A stretch of DNA of 64,000 bases from Candidatus Gastranaerophilales bacterium (lineage in GTDB: Bacteria; Cyanobacteriota; Vampirovibrionia; Gastranaerophilales; Gastranaerophilaceae), in NCBI GenBank assembly GCA_944327245.1, contig CALVHD010000008.1, positions 8,718 to 72,717 of the forward strand. Direction: 5' to 3'. Numbering within the stretch: the first letter of the stretch is position 1; each line of letters opens with the position of its first letter. Both the position numbers and the translations under genes were made by a program. Below, piece after piece: positions 55,353 through 64,000 of this stretch. Under the pieces are notes generated by a model. That model had not been told where the DNA came from and ran no database searches. It worked only from the letters and a program-made list of their open reading frames with translations.

Positions 55353-58300
55353 TTAGCTCACAATCTGGCGCACTCTTTCAAGACAAGCGCTTGATGAAAT
55401 ATCCCATTCTCTTTTTGTAATTCTTATCACATTAAAGCCGCAGCGCTCCATTATTGCCTGTTTTTTCATATCGTTATATTTTGATGAAACATTATCTTGA
55501 ACTCCATCAATTTCTACAACGGTTTTATCAACAACAATATCAGCACTGACTGAACCCATCAAAACACCTGCTTTTATTTTGTTTTCCTTATCTAATGATG
55601 GAAATTCTTCTTTAATTGCTTCAAAAACAACCTTTTCAAAATCATTTTTAAAAGTATCTTTTGTAATATCGGAATTAATTTTTCTTACATATTCAAGATA
55701 ATCTCTCAACAATCCTTCAGGAAGCTCATTTATATCTCTTGAAATAAAATTTATTAATTTATATTTTGCTCTTGTTATTGCAACATTGAAAAGATTTGGC
55801 TTTTGAGCAAAAATTAAACTTTGAGAATGTGAATTAGGCGCAAAAGTCCAAGATAAAAGCATAATATCTCTTTCATCACCCTGAAAAGTATGCGCTGTAC
55901 CCACATCAATTTTATGTTTTAAAATAGTATCACCGTCAAAAACTTTTAAAATTGCCTTTTTAATTAAATCAACCTGTGCTCTAAATGGAGAAATTACTCC
56001 TATTGAAACAGGATTATCAGTGTTTTCTTTATCTTTTATAATTAATTCTTGAATTGTTTTAACCACTTCTTCACATTCAGGAACATTTCTTGTTGCGTCA
56101 TGGTCAACTTTACCATCTTTTACTATTCTCAATTCAACAATATCACCGTTATTGGTATTAGGGCTCATTATTTTAATTTTGCCGCCATAAAATTCCCTGC
56201 TTGAAAATTCAATAATTGGGGCGCTTGAGCGAAAATGTTCATCTAATAGAACAGGGGTTGTTGAATAATAATTAGCTAAATCAAACATGGAATTTTCTCT
56301 AAAACGCCACATTAATTGATATCTGTCATCAATATTGTATTGAGATAAAAAGCTTTGTTCTTTAGCTTTTTCTAAAAAAGATAAATGCGGCAGTTGTTTA
56401 TCATCACCGACAATTATTGCTTTTTTAGCTCTAAATAATACAGGAATACAAGAAGCAATATCGCACTGAGAAGCTTCATCAATAATAGCCACATCAAACA
56501 TTGCAGGTTTTAAAGGTAAACTGTTTGATATTGCATAAGTTGTTGTACACCAACAAGGAAAAGCAGCTAATAATGGTTTAAAATCTTCACGTTCTAAGAC
56601 TCTATTTTGCAAGTTGGCTTTTCTTGAAACCAAAGATTTAGCATGAATCATTAACCTTCTTCTTTTTTGAGCATCACACAGAATATTTTTTAAAGCTGTT
56701 CTTCTCTTATTCCTTAAAATATCTGTAGCCAGCTTCTTTTGTTTAGATTTAAGAGTTTTAATTCTTCTTAAAATCTGATGAAGATTTCCTTTTGAATTGA
56801 TTTCATCTTCAACTTGTCTTAATTTAGCTTCTTCAAGAGCAATATTGAGTTCATAAGGCAATCTTTTTAGAATTTCATCATTTAAAACTTTGTTTAGTTT
56901 CAAAAGCTTTTTAATTTTTCTATAATCAAAAAATAATTTAATTTTATCAAAAATATTCTTTTTATATTTTTCTTCGATTTCCTCTATGGTTGAAAAAATC
57001 TTTTTAACTTCTTCTAATTGAGCATATTTTAATTTTTCAACAATTAAAGTAAGCCCTGATATTGAATCTTTTGCTAATTCAAATTCATCATAAATTTCAG
57101 TATATTTTTTTTCTAAAGATAAAATTGATAAAGCAGAATCTTCAAGCCTTTTAATATCTTTTAAAAGTTCTTTCATATCATCAACATCAGCTACCATATT
57201 ATCATCATAATTACCGTTTAATTCAACTTTATTTGACAATAATTCCTGAAGCTCGATATTTAATTGCTTTTGATAATTGGCTCTTCCTGCTCTTAGGGCT
57301 AAATATGGAGCATTTAATTCATTTAATCTTTGAGCTACAACATCAACTGCTTTATCCATTCGGCTGGCAACTAAAACAGTTTTGCCTGTTGCAATTAAAT
57401 GCGCTGCGACATTAACAATCGTCTGGCTTTTTCCTGTCCCCGGAGGTCCATATACAGCCAAAAAGTCATTTTCTTCTATTTTTCTTATAACTTCTTCTTG
57501 TGAATCTGATAAACTCAAAGGAGTAACAGGAAAGAAATTTTTTAGTTCCGACTCATCGATTTTTATTTCAGATTGTCCGCTTGATTCTAAAAACTCTTGA
57601 TTAATAACATTTAAAACTGTTTCTCTATGCACACCTGATGGTTTTTCAGCTATTTGCATAAGTTCATGTAAAACGCCGGCAGTTACTGTTGGACGCGTCG
57701 TTAAAATAACCGCTTGAGTTCTTTCAAGACTCAAAGTGTCAACTTTTACTTTTGGGCTTGATTGAATATTTTCAATTGAATCAAAATCAAAATTTCCGTT
57801 TTCAATATCTTCGATAGTTGTTTCTCTATTATAAAAATCACTCTCATCTTGTTTGATATCAGATGTAGCACCGATATTTAGCGAAATTTCAATATCAGGC
57901 ACCAATGATTTTAAGGTTGTTAAAAATATATTTAGCTCATCTTCTTTTAAAGGCAAGCTTGGTACAACATCTAAAAGCCCTGATAACATTGCATCAGTTT
58001 CTTGTTCGTCTTCTCTTTGTATTAATTGTGCTATAGCACCTGTATTCAAAGACAAAACATCTTCTTGAATAGACAGTTGAAGATTAACCCCAACACGTTC
58101 TAATTTTGCCGGAGCATATAAAAGAGGGGTTAAAAACTCATTATTTTTCTTCGTTTTGCCGTTTTTTCCGACCAAAAACAAAAACCCGTAAATAAGATAT
58201 TTATCTTTTTGGTTCATTTCTGATTGAATCATTAATTCAGTTAAATAACTGTTTGTTCCATCTAAGCTCAAAGGTGTATCATAATTAGAAAAAACTTTTT

Positions 58301-58466
58301 CCTCGCCATCTAAAAATGCCCATTTATTCTCTTTATCACCCTTTAAATTTCTAAAAGTAGAAGACTTAACCTCCTCACGAACACAATCATGAAGATAATT
58401 ACAGATTTTTTTTATAAAACTTCCTCTAAATGCATTTTTAATAGCCGATGGCACAGATTGCAACAT
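55353..58466 (-). CDS. Upf1/DNA2-like SF1 helicase fused to a C-terminal DUF559/Vsr-like PD-(D/E)xK endonuclease domain
   Basis: Motif I GPPGTGKSQT, II IIDEASQ, III VGDDKQLP, then LDEHFRS, ISPFRAQV, V TAHTFQGDERDIMLLS, VI NVAITRAKYKL. C-terminus ADIVVDKTVVEIDG...MKKQAIMERCGFNVIRITKREW. Confidence 0.85.
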   Translation of the reverse strand: MLQSVPSAIKNAFRGSFIKKICNYLHDCVREEVKSSTFRNLKGDKENKWAFLDGEEKVFSNYDTPLSLDGTNSYLTELMIQSEMNQKDKYLIYGFLFLVGKNGKTKKNNEFLTPLLYAPAKLERVGVNLQLSIQEDVLSLNTGAIAQLIQREDEQETDAMLSGLLDVVPSLPLKEDELNIFLTTLKSLVPDIEISLNIGATSDIKQDESDFYNRETTIEDIENGNFDFDSIENIQSSPKVKVDTLSLERTQAVILTTRPTVTAGVLHELMQIAEKPSGVHRETVLNVINQEFLESSGQSEIKIDESELKNFFPVTPLSLSDSQEEVIRKIEENDFLAVYGPPGTGKSQTIVNVAAHLIATGKTVLVASRMDKAVDVVAQRLNELNAPYLALRAGRANYQKQLNIELQELLSNKVELNGNYDDNMVADVDDMKELLKDIKRLEDSALSILSLEKKYTEIYDEFELAKDSISGLTLIVEKLKYAQLEEVKKIFSTIEEIEEKYKKNIFDKIKLFFDYRKIKKLLKLNKVLNDEILKRLPYELNIALEEAKLRQVEDEINSKGNLHQILRRIKTLKSKQKKLATDILRNKRRTALKNILCDAQKRRRLMIHAKSLVSRKANLQNRVLEREDFKPLLAAFPCWCTTTYAISNSLPLKPAMFDVAIIDEASQCDIASCIPVLFRAKKAIIVGDDKQLPHLSFLEKAKEQSFLSQYNIDDRYQLMWRFRENSMFDLANYYSTTPVLLDEHFRSSAPIIEFSSREFYGGKIKIMSPNTNNGDIVELRIVKDGKVDHDATRNVPECEEVVKTIQELIIKDKENTDNPVSIGVISPFRAQVDLIKKAILKVFDGDTILKHKIDVGTAHTFQGDERDIMLLSWTFAPNSHSQSLIFAQKPNLFNVAITRAKYKLINFISRDINELPEGLLRDYLEYVRKINSDITKDTFKNDFEKVVFEAIKEEFPSLDKENKIKAGVLMGSVSADIVVDKTVVEIDGVQDNVSSKYNDMKKQAIMERCGFNVIRITKREWDISSSACLERVRQIVS

Positions 58467-58507
58467 AAATAACAGCTTCCTTTAATAAAATATATTTTAC
58501 AATTCTA

Positions 58508-59326
58508 TTATTCTATATAATTAGTTATTTGATAATCCATCATTTCAATTAAATCTTTAAGCATATTATCTTTAGTGATTTCAAATTCTTTTGTATGTGA
58601 ATCAATTATATCATCATAATAAACACAAGGATGAATTAAAGCTTCAACAACCTTGGCATCTTTAATTTTTTTCAAACCCTCTATAATTGTTTCAGAATCC
58701 ATCATAGAAGTATAGTTCACCCCTATTAAATAATCATTTGTTTCAAGATTAAATTTTTTTATAATTTGCTTATTTTTTAAAGAAAAATGATTTAACAGAA
58801 TTACTTTAATTAAATTAATCGGATTATATTTGTGCCCCAAAATAAAATAAGGAACTTCATTTTGAGTTCTAATTTGTTTAATATTATACTCATTTGCCAA
58901 TTTAACAACTATTTTAAATATGTTTGGAATTGAATGAATATGAACATGAGAATCAAGGTGGCTCGGTTGAAAAGTTTCAAGCGCAATTTCAATTTGAGAA
59001 CGAAATTCTTTTTCAACTTGAGCCAGAAATTTTTTATTTTTTGATTTCAACAATAAAGACAAATATCCGTTATTAAAAGAACCATATCTATCACAAAGCC
59101 AATTTAGTTTAGGATTAATTGACTTACCTTCGATTAAATTCAAATGAACACCAACCCCTAAATTAGGATTTGGTAAAATAACCCTATAGAGTGCATCTTT
59201 ATATGAAGGCATATTCGTCATAACACTTGCGCTTTTTAAAAAACCATCTTTAAAGCCTTCTAAAACAGCATTGTTATGAAATTCACTTTTTCCCAAGTCA
59301 TCTGCATTTAAAATAAACTTTTTCAT
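58508..59326 (-). CDS. YdjC/ChbG-family carbohydrate deacetylase
   Basis: MKKFILNADDLGKS, GVGVHLNLIEGKS, LDSHVHIH. ATG at 59326 preceded by GAGG (5-nt spacer). The track's 50-aa N-extension is rejected. Confidence 0.8.
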   Translation of the reverse strand: MKKFILNADDLGKSEFHNNAVLEGFKDGFLKSASVMTNMPSYKDALYRVILPNPNLGVGVHLNLIEGKSINPKLNWLCDRYGSFNNGYLSLLLKSKNKKFLAQVEKEFRSQIEIALETFQPSHLDSHVHIHSIPNIFKIVVKLANEYNIKQIRTQNEVPYFILGHKYNPINLIKVILLNHFSLKNKQIIKKFNLETNDYLIGVNYTSMMDSETIIEGLKKIKDAKVVEALIHPCVYYDDIIDSHTKEFEITKDNMLKDLIEMMDYQITNYIE

Positions 59327-59405
59327 ATCAACCTCTAAAATGATTTTAACATAAAAGATTGCATGTGTTTTTATTAGCATGTTAGTATTTATATGGAGAA
59401 AAAAA

Positions 59406-60365
59406 ATGGCAAAAAATACGGTATTAGCAATAGTAATCCCTTGTTTCAACGAAAAAGATTTAATAACTTCAACCACGCAAAGGCTGCTTGAAGTTCTATC
59501 AGATTTAGAAAAAAAAGAAAAAATTTCCGATAAAAGTTATCTATATTTTGTAGATGACGGCTCAATTGATGAAACTTGGTATGAAATAGCTAAAAATGTC
59601 GCAAGACATCCAAACAAAGTTAAAGGATTAAAATTTAGCTCTAATTTTGGCAATCAAAAAGCACTTTTGGCAGGCATGCTGCAAGTTAGAAAAATCGGAT
59701 GTGATGCAGTTATAACAATTGATGCCGATCTTCAACAAGACGAAAATAAAATTGAAGAATTTGTAGATAAATATGATGAAGGCTATAAAATTGTCTTTGG
59801 CGTTCGAAACGACAGAAAAACAGATTCATTCACAAAAAAATTCACAGCCTTGGCTTTTTACAAAGTTATGTCAATTTTAGGAGTAAATATCCCCAAAAAT
59901 CATTCAGACTTTAGACTTGTTTCTTCTGAAGTTCTTAATGTTTTAGATAAATATGAAGAAACAGATTTATTTTTAAGAGGATTTTTCCATGCCATCGGTT
60001 TTAGAAAAACAAAAGTCATGTTTGATGTTAAACCAAGAAAAGTAGGAAAATCCAAATATAACCTTATATCTCTGACAGGGCTTGCAGTTAATGGCATAAC
60101 ATCATACAGTATTGTTCCTCTGAAATTGATATGCGTACTTGGTATAATTTCAACCATTTTCGGTTTTTTAATGGGAATTTGGACAATTATAGCCAAATTA
60201 GTTTGGAATGATTCCCCTGACGGTTGGGCAACAGCAATAATTGTAAGTTCGTTTTTTGGAGGCATTCAATTATTCTGCGTGGGAATTGTTGCTGAATATC
60301 TGGGACAAATCTTTAGAGAAGTAAAAAGACGTCCAAGATATTTAATTGAAGAAGAATTGTTATAA
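59406..60365 (+). CDS. family-2 glycosyltransferase, polyprenyl-phosphate sugar synthase type (ArnC/GtrB/DPM1-like)
   Basis: AIVIPCFNE, FVDDGSIDET, ITIDADLQQD, two C-terminal TMs. ATG at 59406 preceded by GGAG (8-nt A-run spacer). Confidence 0.88.
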   Translation: MAKNTVLAIVIPCFNEKDLITSTTQRLLEVLSDLEKKEKISDKSYLYFVDDGSIDETWYEIAKNVARHPNKVKGLKFSSNFGNQKALLAGMLQVRKIGCDAVITIDADLQQDENKIEEFVDKYDEGYKIVFGVRNDRKTDSFTKKFTALAFYKVMSILGVNIPKNHSDFRLVSSEVLNVLDKYEETDLFLRGFFHAIGFRKTKVMFDVKPRKVGKSKYNLISLTGLAVNGITSYSIVPLKLICVLGIISTIFGFLMGIWTIIAKLVWNDSPDGWATAIIVSSFFGGIQLFCVGIVAEYLGQIFREVKRRPRYLIEEELL

Positions 60366-60366
60366 A

Positions 60367-61152
60367 CTAAACTTCCACAACGCCATAATCAACAGAATTT
60401 AAGTCATTAATTATTAAATAATCATTCATATCAATTTTTACATCAAAATTTTTATCTCTTAAAAAATAAGTTGGGCCAGAGCCTGACATTTGAAGACCCA
60501 AAGAAGATAAAAATTCCAATTGAGGATATTTTTTTGTTTCTAAAAGCGCAAATTCTAAATCATTTCGCATATTTGATTCTTTTTTTAATAAATCAAAAGC
60601 CTCGTATGCTTCTTTAGCAGAAATTTTAAGATTTTTTGGTTTAACTAATGATAATTTAAAATTATAAAAAGGCATATTCGTTAAAATTTCACCTCTTCCG
60701 CTGCACAATTTTGTACCCCCCTCAAGACAAAAATTCAAATCAGAACCCAGTTCCTGAGCCAGCTGGTGAAGCTCATTTAATGACAACGGATAATCTAAAA
60801 TTTTATTCAAACCATACAAGACTCCTGCTGCATCGGTAGAACCACCTGCAAGACCGGCGCAAACGGGAATATTTTTTTCAATGCAAATATCTGCATCATA
60901 AGTTTTATCTGTTTTTTCAAAAAACAATTTTGCCGCCTTGTAGCATATATTTTTTTCATCATAAGGAATTTCATCGCTTGTACCCATAAGCTTGATATTA
61001 TTTCCGTCTTTTAATTTTATTGTAATATAATCAAACAGGCTTATTGTTTGCATTATACTTTTAATCTTATGAAAGCCCGTTTTTTTATCCAGAGGAAAAA
61101 CTCTTAAATCAAGATTTATTTTTGCAGGACATTTTATCTTAATTTGTTTCAT
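60367..61152 (-). CDS. ispE: 4-diphosphocytidyl-2-C-methyl-D-erythritol kinase
   Basis: PAKINLDLRV and GHMP motif PVCAGLAGGSTDAAG. Confidence 0.92.
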   Translation of the reverse strand: MKQIKIKCPAKINLDLRVFPLDKKTGFHKIKSIMQTISLFDYITIKLKDGNNIKLMGTSDEIPYDEKNICYKAAKLFFEKTDKTYDADICIEKNIPVCAGLAGGSTDAAGVLYGLNKILDYPLSLNELHQLAQELGSDLNFCLEGGTKLCSGRGEILTNMPFYNFKLSLVKPKNLKISAKEAYEAFDLLKKESNMRNDLEFALLETKKYPQLEFLSSLGLQMSGSGPTYFLRDKNFDVKIDMNDYLIINDLNSVDYGVVEV

Positions 61153-61992
61153 TTAATTATTTTCCTCCAATGCTATAGCTAATTTTTGTATTTCAGACAA
61201 AGATAATTTTTCTCCCCTTTTATTTTTGTCAATATTTGCACTATCCAGCGCTTTTTCAATTTCAACAAATCCGGCATTAGATAAAGAATTTTTTATATTT
61301 TTCCTTCTAGCCATAAAAATTGCCTTTATTGTTCTTTTTAAAAGACGAGTAATTTCAACTCTTGGCTTATTGTTAATTTTAAAATAAACCAGAGCACTAT
61401 CCACCTTAGGAGATGGCATAAAACAATCTTTAGGCACAATTTTGATTATTTTTGGCTCTGAATACATTTGAGATAAAATTGATAATTGACCATATTCTTT
61501 ATTTTGCGAATTTTCAGTCGCCACTATTCTTTTTGCAACCTCTAATTGCACCATTAAAACAATTTCAGAAATTCTTGAATGATTTTTATGATTTAATTCA
61601 TCAATCTCACCCAATAAATGAACTAAAATCGGACTTGTAATATAATAAGGAATATTTGCTATAACTTTTATTTTTTCATTTTCAAAAGGCAATTCATCAA
61701 TATTTGTTTTTAAAATATCCTTTTCAAAAAGATAAAAATTATCTTTTGATGATAAATTTTTTTCTAAAACTGCAATCGCATCCTTATCTATTTCAAGAGC
61801 TACAACTTTTTTAGCTTTTTCAACGAGCTGCTCTGTAACAAAACCAAGCCCCGGACCAATTTCTAAAATTTCATCATTCGAAGTTGCAAACTCAGCAATA
61901 AAATTAATTATTGATGAATCAACAAGGAAATTTTGCCCTAAAGACTTTTTTGCTCTGAATTTTTTAGCTCTTAAAATATAATTTAAATCCAT
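61153..61992 (-). CDS. rsmA: 16S rRNA (adenine1518/1519-N6)-dimethyltransferase
   Basis: KSLGQNFL, SAM site EIGPGLGFVT, NIPYYITSPIL. Confidence 0.95.
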   Translation of the reverse strand: MDLNYILRAKKFRAKKSLGQNFLVDSSIINFIAEFATSNDEILEIGPGLGFVTEQLVEKAKKVVALEIDKDAIAVLEKNLSSKDNFYLFEKDILKTNIDELPFENEKIKVIANIPYYITSPILVHLLGEIDELNHKNHSRISEIVLMVQLEVAKRIVATENSQNKEYGQLSILSQMYSEPKIIKIVPKDCFMPSPKVDSALVYFKINNKPRVEITRLLKRTIKAIFMARRKNIKNSLSNAGFVEIEKALDSANIDKNKRGEKLSLSEIQKLAIALEENN

Positions 61993-62069
61993 AGAATAAT
62001 ATTATCAGAAAAAAAGAATTAAATCTTATAGGCAACTTGAATAATTATTATTTATGATAAGATTTGAAT

Positions 62070-63428
62070 ATGCAAAAATTACTAGAAAAACAACAAACAA
62101 TAAAATCGACAAAAAAGAATTTCAACTCAAACAGGAGGCTGACAAAAAAAGAAATAAAAGCATTTTATTTCAAAAGAAAAAAGACTGATTTATTAATAGG
62201 ACTTGAATATGAAAGAATAAGTCTTGATAAAAACACTCTTCAAACCGCAAGCTACGATAAAATTTCTAAAATTATAGAACATTTTGCCTCCATTAATTCT
62301 TGGGCTTTAATTTACGATAACGATACAATAATTGGTGCAATTTCAAAAGACGGCACTTCCATTTCTCTTGAACCCGGATGTCAAATGGAAATCAGTCTTG
62401 CTCCAAAGAAAAATATTTTAGATATAGACACCAAAATAACAAAAATTGTAAATCTGCTTGATAATATTGCAAACATATACGATGTAATATTTTTGGGATA
62501 TGGAATAAATCCAAAAGACTCTGTTGATAAAATAGAAATATTAAATAAATCTCGATATAAAATCATGAATGATTACCTGCCTAACTGTCCTTATGGCGAA
62601 TTAGCCCCTAAAATGATGCGCCAAAGTGCGGGTATACAAATAAATATCGACTATAAAGATAGTTTCGATGCATATTACAAACTTAAATTTTTTAATCTGA
62701 TAATGCCCTTTATGACAGGATTGTTTTCAAATTCGCCCTTAGAAAAAAATAAACTATCCGACAAAAAATCCTTAAGAGCATACGTTTGGCGCTATACAGG
62801 TAAAGATAGGTGCAACTTATTTTATAAAGACATTTTTTATAAATTTTTTCCGTCATTAAATATATTTGATAATTATATTGATAAAATTCTTGACATTCCT
62901 ATGATTTTTATTGAAAAAAACGGAAAATCAATTCCCATAGAAGGGGAAATAACCTTTAGAGAATATATGAAATATGGCTTTAAAGGCTTTAGTGCCGACA
63001 TATATGACTATATGCTGCACCAAAGTCTGGTTTTTCCTGATGTCAGACTAAAGCAATATATCGAAATAAGAAACCATGACAGTTCGCAAACAAAAATGGC
63101 TTTAGCCTTATGCGCTTTTTATAAAGGATTAAGTTCAATTAACCCTAAAATATTATTAAAAGAATTTAAATATTTAAAAATTAATGATATAGATAAATAT
63201 AATGAATTAATTATTGATAAAGCACTTGATTTCAACATTACAAAAAAAATAAACGCTTGGGATGTTATAAATAAGCTTCTAGGATATGCTACAACTGCAC
63301 TGAATACTAAAGACAGAAGCTATCTTGAACCAATCAAACAAATGATTTCAAACAAAAAAACTCAAAGCGATATATTAATTGAATATAATATAAAATCCGC
63401 TCAAGATTTGGTTGAATTTTTAACTTAA
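62070..63428 (+). CDS. gshA: glutamate-cysteine ligase family protein (GCS2 / plant-cyanobacterial type)
   Basis: IGLEYERISL, SLEPGCQMEIS, size about 450 aa, ELAPKMMRQSAGIQINID, YIEIRNHD. ATG at 62070 preferred over TTG at 62064. Confidence 0.75.
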   Translation: MQKLLEKQQTIKSTKKNFNSNRRLTKKEIKAFYFKRKKTDLLIGLEYERISLDKNTLQTASYDKISKIIEHFASINSWALIYDNDTIIGAISKDGTSISLEPGCQMEISLAPKKNILDIDTKITKIVNLLDNIANIYDVIFLGYGINPKDSVDKIEILNKSRYKIMNDYLPNCPYGELAPKMMRQSAGIQINIDYKDSFDAYYKLKFFNLIMPFMTGLFSNSPLEKNKLSDKKSLRAYVWRYTGKDRCNLFYKDIFYKFFPSLNIFDNYIDKILDIPMIFIEKNGKSIPIEGEITFREYMKYGFKGFSADIYDYMLHQSLVFPDVRLKQYIEIRNHDSSQTKMALALCAFYKGLSSINPKILLKEFKYLKINDIDKYNELIIDKALDFNITKKINAWDVINKLLGYATTALNTKDRSYLEPIKQMISNKKTQSDILIEYNIKSAQDLVEFLT

Positions 63429-63483
63429 ATATTACAATTCTGTCATAAATTGCAAAAGGCAAATGCTTTGATAAAATTGAATT

Positions 63484-64000
63484 ATGACAAAAATATTTTT
63501 ACTGATTAACAACGAAGCCAAAAGCCAAATAGAAGATATATTATCAGACAAAAACAACGAGCTAATGGAAGCTCAAGGAGAATTAGAGGATATATTAACT
63601 CAAATTCACCATTTTTCGCCTGATATAATTTTAGTTGAAAATAATATTGAAAATTGTGAATTTACGGTTAGACAAATTAAGTCCATAGCAAAAAATCAAA
63701 ACACTCAAATTATCTTTTTACTACACAATGACACTAAAACAGATTTTTTAAATTTAGCTGATGGTTTGGTTGATTTACCTTTAAAAAAAGATGTTTTAAT
63801 TTCTACAATAAATTCGCATTTCAAAATTAAAAAATCCTTAGATAGACTCTATGACAACAACAAAGAACTATCTAAAAGTCTTTATCAATTAAATGTTTTG
63901 TATAACACAAGTTCACAATTTGCAGGAACGCTAAACACATCAAAACTTTATGAAATTATGATTGAAGCAATGGAAAAAACACTAAGCTTCGATATTTCAA
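63484..64000 (+). CDS. receiver-like (atypical) domain protein continuing into a GAF-like domain, 3' end cut by window edge
   Basis: Hand-translated open frame from ATG 63484 to the window end: MTKIFLLINNEAKSQ...PDIILVENNIEN...IIFLLHND...VDLPLKK..., then LYQLNVLYNTSSQFAGTLNTSKLYEIMIEAMEKTLSFD. Absent from the track because no stop is reached. Confidence 0.6.
   Translation, partial: MTKIFLLINNEAKSQIEDILSDKNNELMEAQGELEDILTQIHHFSPDIILVENNIENCEFTVRQIKSIAKNQNTQIIFLLHNDTKTDFLNLADGLVDLPLKKDVLISTINSHFKIKKSLDRLYDNNKELSKSLYQLNVLYNTSSQFAGTLNTSKLYEIMIEAMEKTLSFDIS

Noticed and set aside
59399-59406. A8 homopolymer between the SD and the ATG of the GT2 gene as a phase-variation switch
   Set aside because: Runs of 7-8 A or T are common throughout this AT-rich window. 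The length is below that typically associated with slipped-strand phase variation.
59327-59476. 50-aa N-terminal extension of the YdjC gene, and 9-aa extension of the GT2 gene (59379)
   Set aside because: SD-supported ATGs at 59326 and 59406 begin exactly where the family-typical N-termini start (MKKFILNADDLG; MAKNTVLAIVIPCFNE). The extensions would overlap each other across the divergent promoter region.

Overview
The window is a visibly AT-rich bacterial chromosomal segment. Gene content suggests a diderm cell (kdsC, a secretin, two-partner secretion). Translation fits the standard code, and many genes overlap or are translationally coupled. I support 58 protein-coding genes, two of them truncated by the window edges. 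I found no rRNA, tRNA, CRISPR array, transposase, integrase or prophage signature.

Most of the window is housekeeping:
- lysC-tilS-hpt
- a coupled minus-strand run, dnaG-rpoD then gmk-coaBC-nif3-aroC-aroK-aroB
- queC, obg, rpsB-tsf, maf, rplJ-rplL, rph, ilvC, metY, mutS2, ispE-rsmA and a glutamate-cysteine ligase

The accessory-looking part is about 20.9-33.6 kb. It holds a divergently arranged two-partner secretion pair: a 1168-aa TpsA beta-helix exoprotein and a ShlB/FhaC-type TpsB. Next to it is a compact four-gene type IV pilus / T2SS-like module (PilP-like protein, PilQ secretin, PilB ATPase, PilC platform). That module lacks pilM/N/O/T and any pilin. Its PilB has a duplicated N-domain, a poly-Asp linker and a near-canonical MshEN (c-di-GMP-binding) motif. 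The prepilin peptidase pilD lies about 13 kb away, translationally coupled to a SigF-like sigma factor.

Other items worth follow-up:
- an Upf1-like SF1 helicase fused to a DUF559/Vsr-type nuclease, upstream of mutS2
- a NifU-like plus GGGtGRT gene pair
- a DtxR-family regulator with a DtxR-box-like inverted repeat, followed by an unrecognised Gly-rich membrane protein
- a YdjC-deacetylase / polyprenyl-phosphate GT2 pair (NaxD/FlmF2-like)
- an unannotated 44-aa ORF paralogous to the N-terminus of an extremely acidic protein chained to spmAB
- a candidate promoter-to-terminator small RNA with a CU-rich anti-SD tract upstream of ilvC
- two Shine-Dalgarno-sequestering hairpins

The lineage cannot be determined from this window. 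The SigF-type sigma, HEAT/PBS-lyase-like protein and a short group-1 sigma would fit a Melainabacteria-like (non-photosynthetic cyanobacterial relative) gut organism, but that is only a guess. All calls rest on reading the translated ORFs and the DNA by eye; no searches were run.
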